This document shows, one piece after another, positions 37,319 to 50,575 of a DNA stretch of 64,000 nucleotides. The stretch is taken from assembly GCF_006345805.1 (NCBI RefSeq), contig NC_043010.1:41292001-41356000 (forward strand). Direction: 5' to 3'. The translations under genes were made by a program, and so were the position numbers. The stretch is from Octopus sinensis (Eukaryota). The number at the start of each line of letters is the position of its first letter. Positions within the stretch are counted from its first letter, which is position 1. The notes under the pieces were generated by a model. It was not told the origin of the DNA and ran no database searches. It was given only the letters and a program-made list of their open reading frames with translations.

Positions 37319-37491
37319 CTTCTCTCCATGGTAACAAATTAGTTGCTTATACATTGATCCACAATAAAGCCGATATTGATCTCAGGGACATAAATGGAAA
37401 GACCTGCTTAATGATTGCTGTCGTCAATGGCTATCTACCACTTGTGGAACTGCTCTTGGAGAACAATGCTAATATTACAATATACAATACA
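37319..37491 (+). CDS. FANK1: FANK1-like copy B ankyrin exon (ASLHGNKLVAYTLIHNKADIDLRDINGKTCLMIAVVNGYLPLVELLLENNANITIYNT)
   Basis: ttctcAG / GTTAGT; 173 bp; paralog of 5665-5837. Confidence 0.92.
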
Positions 37492-38616
37492 GTTAGTAGA
37501 TTGCCATTCTATTTATTTTTCATGTAAGGTCATAATTATTGTTGTTGCTATTTAGTGATGCAAAAGTATTCCAGCTTATCCAGTCCAGCATTTTGTATGC
37601 CAGGGACTAGCAGCTCAACTAACAATATAGAACCCCTCTCACATATTAGTCAATATTATTGCTGTACTAAAGAATTGTAGGAAATGGAACTTAAGATTAA
37701 ATATGCACATTACATCATCTAATTGTTTTTTTAATTTTCTAGGCCTAATCATAAGAAATTTTTTATTAATTTTCTCTTCTACTATCTTACAACCATTTTC
37801 CTGTTCATGGTCCCATTTGTGGGTATGATTCCTATTGGAACAATTTTCACAGCTAATGCTACTCATACTATTAACCACTCAACTGAGAAGTAGACGTGAG
37901 AACTGCTTTCTCTTTTTGTTCAGTCAGGAAACCTGATGCTAGGAGAGTTATGTACCTTGCTCAAAAGCATAACACTAAGGCTACACTAATTTTCATTTGA
38001 ACGATAATCATGTGGTATAGCTTACATTTATTATATGTAATAATAATAATAATAATAATAATAAATGCCCTGATGCAGTACCAGACACTCGCTCTCATGG
38101 CTTCTGATTTGGTAGTTTTTGTACATGTACATGTTTTGTCTTGGTATAAAAGATGGGCTGCAACAAATATTCTGCTCAGTACCACAGATTTGCTTGTCAG
38201 TTATTTGACCGTAACCAGTTGAGTGTGTCCCTTAGTGTCTGATGATATGTGTATCTCTGATCATGTGCAAGAGTAGTGGGAGAGCATCAAAGCCATGTGT
38301 TGAGAGGAATTCTTTGGGGTTTGAATAATTCACCTCTGGAAACATGGGTGTTTTGTTCAACATCCTTAAACAACCTTTATTCAGGGACCTTTTGAGCGGG
38401 ATGGGCTACTTGACCTGAAGAAAATTCTAACTGAGCCCCCACCTGCAAGGTCATGCACTGTTTATCTTGATATGAGATCACCATGTTGCGCGCATATGAT
38501 TGTGATGCATGTGCCTAGTGTACCCTTATCAGACAAGTAGTCATGATGGGTATATTGGGCTTCGTATATTTGTACACCAGTGTCTCTTTGATGGCATGCA
38601 CTGCTCTCTCTCACTC

Positions 38617-38661
<45 letters not shown>

Positions 38662-39002
38662 GAGAATTACTTACATAGACACGGGGAGTTCAGGTAGTTG
38701 CATTTCAACAAACCCTTGTATATGACTGGTTCTTTATTTTATTGATCCCAAAAGGAAGAAAAGCTAAGTCAACTCTGGTAGGATTTGAACTCAGAATGTA
38801 AAATAATATTAACTAAATACCTGCAGTAGTGAGGGCGTCAGCTGTGGTAATTAAGAGACTGTCACAATTTTAAAATATATACTGGATTATAGAAAACTCA
38901 GTATAAGTGATAGGCATGGTTATGTGCATGTGTATTGCTGAGTTATCTTTTACACATATCACTGTAAACAGCCTTCCATATCACTGTAAACAACCTTCCA
39001 TT

Positions 39003-39385
39003 GGAGGCGCAATGGCCCAGTGGTTAGGGCAGCGGACTCGTGGTCGGAGGATCGCGGTTTCGATTCCCAGACCGGGCGTTGTGAGTGTTTATTGAGCGAA
39101 AACACCTAAAGCTCCACGAGGCTCCGGCAGGGGGTGGTGGTGAACCCTGCTATACTCTTTCACCACAACTTTCTCTTGCTCTTTCTTCCTGCTTCTCTTG
39201 TACCTGTATTTCAAAGGGCCAGCCTTGTCACATTCTGTGTGTCACGCTGAATCTCCCTGAGAACTACGTTAAGGGTACACGTGTCTGTGGAGTGCTCAGC
39301 CACTTGCATGTTAATATCACGAGCAAGCTGTTCCGTTGATCGTATCAGCTGGGACCCTCATCGTTGCAACCGACGGAGTGCTCCT
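39003..39385 (+). mobile_element. SINE family C with tail type X
   Basis: Same head as 15574; near-identical copy at 46265-46665. Confidence 0.82.
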
Positions 39386-40389
39386 ATAGTGCTCCTATAT
39401 TCCATTGTCGATGAATTTTCTTATACTTAATGATGATGCACATTATCTGTGGCAGGTGGAGACAAACTGACTATCCACACCACTGATTACCATATGGCAT
39501 TTTTGTCAGGTGTTTTGATACTCATTTGCTCATTAATAATACTGATTTGAACCAATAAATTTATAAATTGTTGCTGTTGTTGTTGCTGCTATTATTATTG
39601 TTGTAGCTGCTGCTGCTGTTGCTGTTGAGCAAATGGTCTTCGTCCCAGAGCTCACAAAATGGGAGAAGTCCGAAACACGGTCCTTTGCTATTCGTAAGAC
39701 CCGCAGAAGAGAAAGCAGGTCAATGCCCCGACACCGAGAGCATTGATGGATGGATGAATGCACATCCAGGCTCAGCGGTTGCGTAGAAAGTCGGGGACAA
39801 GAAACAGGAAGAAAGAGTGAGGGAAAGTTGGAGCGAAAGAAAGAGTACAACAGGGGTCACTACCACCCCCTGCCGGAGCCTCGTGGAGCTTAAGGTGTTT
39901 TCGCTCAGTAAACACACACAATGCTCGGTCTGGGAATCGAAACCACGATCCTCCGACTGCGAGTCCACTGCCCTAACCATTGGGCCATTGTGCATCCACT
40001 GTTGTTGCTGCTGCAGCTATTGTTATTGTTGTCAATTAGTGTAATGGAATGGTAGACTTAATACCTTCAGGGATTTCCCTATGTCCCTTTATTTTCTAAC
40101 TTCAAATAAACTCAATGTCAAGACTACTGTTATTCAATCCCAGGCCTATAAAATCAGTGCTAGTCAAATACTGAAGTTGGTTTGTTGACTGCTCCATCTT
40201 CTGAAATTTGTGGCCTTGTGCCTATGGTAAAAATCATTATTATCATTATTACTATTATAGAAGGGTTGATTCAACTGACACATTACCCATTCTGCTACTA
40301 AAGATGGCCTTATCATTTAGAAAAAAATCAATATTATATATGAACAACTGTTATCTCTTGTATTGCATTTTTTTCCCTATCTTTTTCAG

Positions 40390-40434
40390 AGCGGCCGTAC
40401 TGCATTTGAAATAGCTGTTTCCCTTGAAAGAAGA
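40390..40434 (+). CDS. FANK1: FANK1-like copy B short exon (SGRTAFEIAVSLERR)
   Basis: ctttttcAG / GTGAGT; 45 bp; paralog of 9549-9593. Confidence 0.87.
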
Positions 40435-40947
40435 GTGAGTAGATACAACATTGAAATTAAATTTTACTGGTGGATTGGATCATAATTGTCATGGTTCTTC
40501 TCAACTCTTTCAAATCTAACTCTGGGAAAGCACAGCTGCTGCACATACACTGATTACCAAATATTCACTCAGCCAATATTCTGTTACCTCTAGCATGCTG
40601 AGGTACTCTATCCTCTCACTCTCTCTACATATATTTATGCTCTGTCCCTCTGTCTTTTCTACTGAAGTTACAGTGATTTCTACCTCCCTAAAATAGCAAG
40701 ATATGTACAACCTTCCCTTCATACGTCCTCATTCTGTTACTCTTAACACAACCTTAAATGTCCTACTCAGATTTATAACCTTTTGAACCCACATTTCCCC
40801 CTACAAACATCACCACACTGATTTAATCTACATCAGGAGGGCTGTTAAAGACCATGATTACTGTCTTTCTTCCTTAGAGTTCTTCTTCATCATCATCATC
40901 ATCATCATCATCATGATAATAATAATGATATTAATAATAATAATATT

Positions 40948-41017
<70 letters not shown>

Positions 41018-41124
41018 TCTTTTATTAGCTACAAGGGCTCACATACAATAACATTAAATGACATGACACAGACATTAAAGACAACCTAACAAGACAAAGG
41101 GTTTTACAGCATGTAAACAATACA

Positions 41125-41348
41125 TTACTCTTTTACTTGTTTCAGTCATTTGACTGTGGCCATGCTGGGGCACCGCCATTAGTCGAGCAAATCGACCTCA
41201 GGACTTATTCCTTGTAAGCTTAGTACTTATTCTATTGGTCTCTTTTGCCGAACTGCTAAGCTACGGGGACGTAAACACACCAGCATCGGTTGTCAAGCGA
41301 TGTTGGTGGGGGACAAGCACAGACACACAAACACACACACACACACAC

Positions 41349-41406
<58 letters not shown>

Positions 41407-41568
41407 ATGCGACGGGCTTCTTTCAGTTTCTGTCTACCAAATCCACTCACAAGGCTTTGGTCGGCCCGAGGCTATAGTAGAAGACACTTGTCCAAGGTGG
41501 CACACAGTGGGACTGAACCCGGAACCATGTAGTTGGTAAGCAAGCTACTTACCACACAGCCACTCCTA
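41125..41568 (-). mobile_element. SINE family A
   Basis: Reverse complement of the family A consensus. Confidence 0.88.
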
Positions 41569-41574
41569 ACAGGT

Positions 41575-44500
41575 GTTTGATCAACAGGGCAAGAGCCCTT
41601 CACCTTTAATTTTTTACAGGTGTATGCTCAGAACTGGTCCTTTCACACTGGCCATTCTACCAACATTCACCCACCTTTCAACAAACTTGCTAGAAGTTAA
41701 CACTTCCCTCTCCACCCTCAACTTCCTTTTCAAGTGAAACTTGAAAAAGTCGTTGAGGGCTTGGCCAAAGAGGGAAAGTATCTGTCTTTAGCCCTTTCAA
41801 ACAGATCTGCCATACTACCTCTTTCACTACAGCCACTAGACAAATAAAAATTGCCTGCCCCTCTCAGCTAAAAGAAGGCATTGGAGCAATCTTCACAATG
41901 GATTCACCTGATAGTTGGATCCATCCTATATGTGACAGCAGGTGGTTGACATAAACCCACAGTTTAGCAATATTCGGACACTGGACGATGGCATGTAGAA
42001 CAGTTTCATCATTCTGCATACACATCAGGCAGGCCTGGCTGATGGCATTTCCATGCCTGTACAGTTTATCTCAAACACACAGCGCTCCTTTGTAGCACTG
42101 CCAGGCAAGGGATTTCTGGAAGTTATCCATATGCGTAGACCTGATAGTTCTTTGAAACAGACCAGTTAGTTGATCTTCATCAACACCCAGAGTTTCCCCA
42201 AGAATGTTGACACACTTTCCCTCCACTAGCCCTCTGTAGAAAGCTAGAGTGGAACTACTACCAATGACATTGCACACCTGGCAGAGAGCTGTGAGCGCTT
42301 GACAGCACTCACAGTACCAAGTGCCCCTCCTCGGTCTACGCCTAATCCAGGTTTGCAGCTCAGTCAAAGAGACAAGCTGTAGAAAAGTGTGCCTGACGAA
42401 CGGTGACCACACCTGCTTACCAGCTAGGAAATGCTGTAGCCTGAGTGTATGTCTGTGCATCAGCAACTACGGCATGCTCATCCCTTCATTCAGCGGCTGT
42501 TGACAGCAGATGGAGCGCCTAACCAGTGGAACATTCCCCTTCCACAGATAGTGGAAGAGTAAACACACCAGCTTGGTCAACCAGCAACAGGGCAAGTGAT
42601 GACAGTCAAGCGATAATAGATGATGGATATGATGTATGCATTCGCCACCTTGATTTGACCTTTCAGCGACAGCGTCCTCTCAGCCCATTTCTGGGTGAGA
42701 TTGGGTACCCTGCTCATCACTTTGTTCCAGTTTTTCTCCACCTGGAGGTCTGGACCAAAGCAGACTCTGAGCAATTTAACTGGACCATCTGTCCAGTGCG
42801 CCATGATGCTGTTGGACAGCATGGACTTGCCTCAAGTGCCAAGTTGCAAGCCCACTGACATTTTCACATTAATTTTTGCTCCTATTACCACTTCATATTC
42901 TTGTAGTGTGTCGTCAATCAGGTTTATAATCCTGTGGTTCAGCACTATGATGGTGACATCGTCAGCATAAGCAGACACACACTCTCACATCCTAGATCAT
43001 GCGGACACCCTTCAAAGTCTCTGCCTCCTTCAGTAATGGCTCAAAAGTCAGTACATACAGAAGGGAGGAGAGAGGGCACCCTTGACAGACCAAATGCAAG
43101 ATGCTGAATGGCTCTGACAGGTGACCATTCACCCAAACAACCATGTAGATGTTGCTGTACAAAGCAGCGATTTAACCGTGGAAAACTAGACCAAAACCGG
43201 CTACCCTGAGGACAGTTGCCAAGCCTTGATGGTTAACCCTATCAAAGGCTTTAGACTGATCTAAATTGATTAGAGCCCCACCCATGCCAGCTTCATTACC
43301 CTACCTCTCTATGATGTAGCGCATAAGACGGATGTTGTCATGAATAGTCCTGGCTGTGATGGTGCATGTTTGCACCTTGCTAAACAGCTTGTCCACAACA
43401 AGCACCAACCTCTTGGCTAACACCTTGAACAAAATCTTCAACTCTGCATTGAGCAGAGTGATGGGCTTGAAATTTTCTATAATGTTCCCCTTGTTTGGGT
43501 CCTTTCTCAGCAGTGCCACTGCACCCTGACATACAAAAATGGAAATTTTCCTATTCTGCTGCTAGTTGCAAGAGACATCTGCTAAGAGTCCTGCAAACAA
43601 GTCCAGCATCGAAATATAAAGCTCGTAGGGCAGACCATCCAAACCCGCGATCTGCCTTGTGGATTCATATAAAAAAGATTGGAGGTAGTACAGGATAATA
43701 CAATACATATAGAGTAGAACTGAATCGTGTAAGAAAAGGGATAACAATTATAACTAGTAAATCCCCAAAAAAGAGAGACTTCCAAGGGCTGCTTGTGGAA
43801 ACCCCACAAAAACCATGATCACCCTGACCTCTAGAGCAAGTGCCTTCACCACTTCATCTACTTTCTCTAGAGGTACAATGCTTAGAGCAGGCTCATTCAT
43901 TTGGCCATTTGCACTACGTTCACCCACCTTTTAGCAAAATTGTTGGGAGGCAGCACTTCTCTCTCTATCTTTACTTCCCTTTTCAAGGGAAAATTGAAAA
44001 AGTGGGCTTGGCCAAAGAGGAAAGTGTCTATCTTTAGCCCTTTCAACCTGGTCCACCATACAACCATTTTCACTAAGGCCATCAGACAAAGAAACACTGC
44101 CTGTCCTTCCTGGCCAAAGGAATATGGCAGGGAGATCTTTATGATGGACTCAGCTGATAACCAGATCCATCCCACATACAACAGTAGGTGCTCAGCATAA
44201 ACCCACAAGTCAGCAATGCTTGGGCACTGGATGAGAGCATGCAGAACAATTATGTTGCGTTGTGCAAACTTTGGGCAAGCCCAGCTAATGGCACTTCCAT
44301 GCCTGTAAAGTTTATCCAAAACTGAAAATGTCTCCTGGAAGTTATCCACGGGCCCTGGTCCAAAAGTCCTCTGGAACAGATCAGCCAACTCATTCTCATC
44401 AATGCCCAGTCTCCCTAAGAACATCATCACACTTGCCTGCTACTAATTCTCTACGAGTGGAATTTCCATAGATTGCATTGCCCAACTGAAAGAGGACTGT

Positions 44501-45340
44501 GAGCACCTGACAACATTCTAGGTGTCAATGTTGGTCATTTCTCAGTAGTAGATATCTGCTAAAAGGCCACCAAACAAGTCTAGCACATAGAAGTAAAACT
44601 CATAGGCCAGACCATCCTAACCAGATTTGCCACCTCTGCAATTCATTATGGCATCCCTTATTTTCACAACTATTATCGGCATTTCACAATACTCCACTCA
44701 CCTTTCTGAGAGTCGTAGCATGCCATCAAGGTAAGCATTGAAGTCCATCCTGCATTCTGGACTGCCATTCATCCCAAACAGTTGGGTAAAATGCTGCTGA
44801 AATGCCACACATATCTGCTCAGACTCAAGTATTGTGCACCCACTTTGGTCCACCAAAAGCTGAATTGTGGTTTTGTTGCTACATTGCAACTCTTCCATTT
44901 TATTCTTCTGCCATTCAGGCCCATTGTGTGACTTTCATTCCCTCTTGTCTTAGAGTCACCCACTAACACTAAACGTCATGGCATTCCTAGGAAAACCTCC
45001 AGATATCTGAAGAAATCCTACTGTCCTGCTCCTGACAAGCATAAACAGCCACCAATCTGAGGACACTTTCATCACTACTGTTCACATCCAGGACCATCAG
45101 CCTTCTGGGTCCAGGAAGATAGTCTTTATCTTGAGATTCAGACCCCTCCAGAACAACCCCTTCATTCCACTTCCCATTGTTGTTTGACATGGAAATAGAT
45201 ATATATCATATCCACTGAAAATGGGCATGAAAGCTTGTTGGTCAGAGAGTCTGGTTTCACTGACAGTCGCTACATCAACACTTAGAGACCTGAGGTCATT
45301 GTTTCCAAGGTGACCCCAGGCCACATGCATTTATACTGCC
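41575..45340 (-). mobile_element. Tx1/L1-clade LINE ORF2 remnants (APE endonuclease, RT, C-terminal zinc finger), apparently from two elements
   Basis: DVATVSETRL (EN), GLDGLPYELY, NFKPITLLNAELKIL (RT), LSLKGQIKVANAYI, C..C....ETVLHA..QCP; many stops and frameshifts. Confidence 0.88.
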
Positions 45341-45959
45341 TACTCTGAGCAAGGTCATATTAGATCAAGGTATAGAAGTGGAAAAGGCTACTTACAGTAA
45401 TTTAGTTGGTGAGGAGGGGATGGAACATCCATCCCCATAGGTACGTGTGGGTGTTTCCACGAGTAGTTTTTTTTTTTTATATATTCTTTGTTTGTCTCTC
45501 TGAAAAGCCCCCTTCTCCTTCAGGAAACTTTGTTTTGCTGGTGTTGTATGTGTGTTGCAATGTTTATATGACTTTAATAAGTGTTGGTGTGTTGTTTCTT
45601 GGTGTGATGAAGTCAGTGTGTATAATGTCTGTACGTTTGTGTACGTGATCCATTAGCTTTTTGTTGTTAATGTCTTTTGTTGGCGTTGAGATGTGCGATC
45701 TGAAAGCTTTAAGGCGGTGAGCTGGCAGAAACGTTAGCACGCGGGGCGAAATGCGTAGCCGTATTTTGTCTGCCGTTACGTTCTGAGTTCAAATTCCGCC
45801 GAGGTCGACTTTGCCTTTCATCCTTTCGGGGTCGATAAATAAAGTACCAGTTACGCACTGGGGTCGATGTAATCGACTTAATCCCTTTGTCTGTCTTTGT
45901 TTGTCCCCTCTATGTTTAGCCCCTTGTGGGCAGTAAAGAAATATTTATGTGTGAATTGA

Positions 45960-48330
45960 GTTGTGCTTGTGATAGTGGTGGTGGAATCAGTGGGAACGAT
46001 GTTGACAGTGCTGGTGTGGCTGCTGCTGGGGGAGGTATTTGAGAATTTGTTTTGATGGTGTCTCCAGTCTCACGTCATACCCGCCAGTTTTTCGTATTGA
46101 TGTTGGTGTTGGTGTCAATTTGTTTCTTTTTCTTTCATTTGATCTATGAACCTTTTGCCAATTAGGATCTTCCTGCTCCCCCACACTGCAGGAATGTCTG
46201 ATTGCTCTGACCATGGGAGGAGGGTCTATTTTGCTGTTTTTTTGTGGTTCTTCTGTTGATAATGTTGTTGTTGTCTTGGGATGTGGAGGCGCAATGGCCC
46301 AGTGGTTAGGGCAGCGGACTTGCGGTTGTAGGATCGCGGTTTCGATTTCCAGACCGGGCGTTGTGAGTGTTTATTGAGTGAAAACACCTAAAGCTCCACG
46401 AGGCTCCGGCAGGGATGGTGGTGATCCCTGCTGTACTCTTTCATCACAACTTTCTCTCACTCTTTCTTCCTGTTTCTGTTGTACCTGTATTTCAAAGGGC
46501 CGGCCTTGTCACTCTCTGTGTCACGCTGAATATCCCCGAGAACTACGTTAAGGGTACACGTGTCTGTGGAGTGCTCAGCCACTTACACGTTAATTTCACG
46601 AGCAGGCTGTTCCGTTGATCGGATCAACCGGAACCCTCGTCGTCGTAACCGACAGAGTGCTTCCATGTTGTCTTGGGATTTCTGATGCTATCAATATTGG
46701 TGGGTTCTTTGTTGCATTTCAAGCTGTGGCTCCCACTGCTCTTGTTGTGTCGGTGCTTCTATGATTTCAGTAACTATTGTTACTTTTGCTTTTTTGCAGC
46801 TCTAGTAGTCACCTGCTTTTGCTGGTGCTGTTTGTTTGTTTGTTGGGACGAAGCGGTCTTCATCCTATTAGTGGGAGAAGTCCGAAACATGGTCCTTTGC
46901 TTTTCTTAAGACCCGCAGAAGAGAAAGCAGGTCAACCCCTGACACTGAGAGCATCGACAGATGGATGAATGCGCATCTAGGCTCAGCAGTTGTGTAGGAA
47001 GTCGGGGACTAGGAACAGGAAGAAAGAGTGAGAGAAAGTTGGAGCAAAAGAGTACAACAGGGGTCGCCACCACCCCTGCCAGAGCCTCGTGGAGCTTTAG
47101 GTGTTTTCGCTCAATAAACACACACAACGCCCTGTCTGGGAATCGAAACTGCGATCCTCTGTCTGCGAGTCCGCTGCCCTAACCTTTGGGCCATTGCACC
47201 ACCACTGCTGGTGCTGTGGTGGTTGTGGTGGCGGCGGCGGCGATAGCGGTGGCAGTGGAAACAATGAGGGGCTCACTTCTCTCTTTTGTTGTGGGCAGAA
47301 AGCTCTGAGATGATTTGTGTCCCCACACAGTTGACATCTTGGCTTTCTGCCCTCAACAGCCATGTGTCATCTGGTAAGCTTATGTAATCTGGGATAACCT
47401 TGATACTTGGCTGGTCAGCTTGTAATAGCAGCTGCTTCCCCTTGTCCTAACCAGTTCTGCTTCTGCATTATCTGTATTCGTGGAATTGTGGTTTTCTGTT
47501 CTATATTGAGGAGAATCACGGCTACTAACCAGCAAATGTTTATCTCTGTGGGATGTTGAGTATGCTAACCTTAGATACTCTCTGACCAAGGTAGATAGGG
47601 ATGGGGATGAGTTTGTCACTTGTTAGGGAGGCTGTTGAGTGATTTTTGGTCTCCTCCTCTGAGACAAACCTCACTTCAACAGGTCATCTTTCTTTCTCCT
47701 GGCTATGTAACTTTTGCTCTTCCAAGCTGGTTTTAAACACTCTACTATGTTGCTTGTTCTACTTTCCTAATTTTGGCCCCAGTTGTTTTATATAGAACTG
47801 TCTGCGAATTAATTTCTTGCTGGATAGTTCTATGATTGTTTAGTACTACATTTTTCTCACATTTCTCCAACATACATTCAAAACTTTTGAATTCATTTTC
47901 ATCTATAAAAATGTCTTCACTTACTTCACATGTCGCTCACACATGATCAAACGTCTCATTTTCGTTGTTGTCTTTTTTGTTAATGATGTTGGTAGTGGTA
48001 GTGGTGGTGGGCCTGCTGCTGCCACCAGTGATGACAGTGGCGGTGGCAGTGTTCTTGCTTGTGTTGTTGCTTTTTGTCTTTGATTTCTTTTGTTATTGCA
48101 AAGGGGATGGAAAAAGCAAGGGAAAATTGCTTTCATAGGTTTCATGTGCGCTATTGTTCTTATTGTTGGTGGTGGCATTGGTGGCGATAGCGGTGGTGGT
48201 GGTGGTGGAAACAATGGGGGGACTCACTTCTCTCTTTTGTTGTGGGCAGAAAACTCTGAGATGATTTGTGTCCCCACACAGTTGACATCTTGGCTTTCTG
48301 CCCTCAACAGCCACGTAAAGCTTTGTGTTA
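45960..48330 (-). mobile_element. Tx1/L1-like ORF1 remnants with CCHC zinc knuckle, split by SINE insertions
   Basis: CQLCGDTNHLRAFC (CX2CX4HX4C) present twice, near 47300-47360 and 48250-48310. Confidence 0.7.
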
Positions 48331-48334
48331 TCTT

Positions 48335-48741
48335 GCGCAGGAATGGCTGTGTGGTAAGTAGCTTGCTTACCAACCACATGGTTCCGGGTTCAGTCCCACT
48401 GCGTGGCACCTTGGGCAAGTGTCTTCTACTATAGCCTCGGGCGAACCAAAGCCTTGTGAGTGGATTTGGTAGACGGAAACTGAAAGAAGCCCATCGTATA
48501 TATATATATGTGTGTGTGTGTATATGTTTGTGTGTCTGTGTTTGTCCCCCCAACATCGCTTGACAACCGATGCTGGTGTGTTTACGTCCCCGTAACTTAA
48601 CGGTTTGGCAAAAGAGACTGATCGAATAAGTACTAGGCTTACAAAGAATAAGTCCTGGGGTCGATTTGCTCAACTAAAAGGTGGTGCTCCAGCATGGCAA
48701 CAGTCAAATGACTGAAACAAGTAAAAGAGTAAAAGAGTAAA
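48335..48741 (+). mobile_element. SINE family A inserted into the Tx1-like ORF1 remnant
   Basis: Family A consensus; interrupts the AVEGRKPRC zinc-knuckle segment. Confidence 0.88.
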
Positions 48742-50038
48742 GAGTCACTGTCTTTTCTCGATGACCATCTGTTCCTTTCAGTGGACAGACAATTCTCCTT
48801 CGCCATCTTTTTGTTTTTTAGCAAATATCAGAATAGTCCCCAAGGGCTACAAATGGAAAAGGACTAACCAGCTCTCCAAGGTCCTGGTTAGTTTACCTAA
48901 GTAATGAAAACAAATGTACAATGCATGACAATATGAATAACAACAAAACTTACTGAGTGATGTGCAATACGTGTCGGTGAACATATAATACTAATACTAC
49001 TACTAATAATAATAATAACAATAATAATTATAATGATTTCTAATCCAGGCACATGGACAGCAATTTTGACGAGAAGGAGTTAGTCAATACCTTTGATCTC
49101 AGATCTTGATATATTATTTTATCAGCCCTGAAGGGATGAAAAGCAAAAATGACCTTGCTGGAATTTGATCTCAGAATGTAAAGAACATAAACAATGTTGT
49201 TTTTTAGCCTCAGATCAGTGGTGGTCTAGCAAACCTTTGATGATCTGACTACAATTTTTACCAAGTTGAACAATCATGTAAATGCTATCTTTTTGGCTTA
49301 CATGGTTCCTGAATATGTTGGTTTATCATCATCATCATTTAGCGTCCGCTTTCCATGCTAGCATGGGTTGGACGGTTCAACTGGGGTCTGGGAAGCCAGA
49401 AGGCTGTACCAGGCCCAGTCTGATCTGGCAGTGTTTCTATGGCTGGATGCCCTTCCTAACGCCAACCACTCCGTGAGTGTAGTGGGTGCTTTTTACGTGC
49501 CACCCGCACAGATGCCAGATGGGGCTGGCAAACGGCCACGGACGAATAGTGCTTTTTACGTGCCACCGGCACAGAGGCCAGTCGGGGCGGCGCTGGCAAC
49601 GGCCACGATCGGATGGTTCGCTTACTTGTCACTGGCACTGGTATCACAGCTGCAATTTCCATTGATGCTGATCGACTTCGATTTTGGTTCTGCTTTCTGA
49701 TATCTGATTTGATTTGATCTTGATTTTGATTTCCACTTGCCTCAACGGGTCTTCACAAGTGGAGTTTTGTGTCCCAAGAAGGAAAGGTATGTATAAGTCG
49801 ACTGGCTACATACCAGGTAGAGGCCATGGGTTATGGTCTCACTAGTCTTGCCAAGTCTTCTATGATTAACTACTTATTCAAATTTCAGAAATTTATTAAA
49901 TAATCTTTTATTATTATTATTATTTTTATTTATTTATTTTTTTTTCTAGACTACCATTAGTTTATACTGATTCTGGTTTCTATTTGTTGCTGGTCAATGT
50001 TAGTTTTAGTTGATGTGGTTTTCCTCTTCATTTGTCAG

Positions 50039-50098
50039 ACAATAACAGAATGCATGGTGAAATATATGAACAGGAAAGGAATAAAGATTCATGAATAA
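50039..50098 (+). CDS. FANK1: FANK1-like copy B last coding exon (TITECMVKYMNRKGIKIHE*)
   Basis: cttcatttgtcAG acceptor nearly identical to copy A; TAA at 50096-50098; aligns with KIIDTMEKFMKKHGIKYF. Confidence 0.75.
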   Translation, partial: TITECMVKYMNRKGIKIHE

Positions 50099-50244
50099 CT
50101 TATGGTATTTCGGTATGTACCTGCTTACATATTCTCCGGTGTGTCAAACAGCTACTAACATCTTTTTTTCTTCTGTAAGTTGTATATTATCATCATCCTC
50201 ATCATTATTTAATGCCTGTGTTTCATGCTGGCATGGGTTAGAAG

Positions 50245-50575
50245 CTTTGACAGGATCTGATTGCAGAATTGGTATGGAATGAGAATGAGACCCACAAGGA
50301 GGGGTTGAGTGTTGAAGTCACCAAAGGTGATAACTTCAGCGGGAGCAGAGGTGAGATATATGCCTTTAATGCTGGAGGAAGTGTTGTCAAAGAATTGCTG
50401 ATGGTATGAGGAGTTGGGAGAGTGACAGAGGGAACAGGTATATTTGGAAGAAAGTGGAAGGGAGACGTTGAGCCAGAGTAACTGGAAAATGTTATTACTG
50501 AAATCCAGGCAAATGACAAGAAGAGTAGAGTCTACATATATACTGACACTGAGTGTAGCTTGGATGGCCAAAATG
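50245..50575 (-). mobile_element. LINE APE-endonuclease remnant
   Basis: YICSLCHSPNSS...FFD...EVITFGDFN-like motif, frameshifted. Confidence 0.65.
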
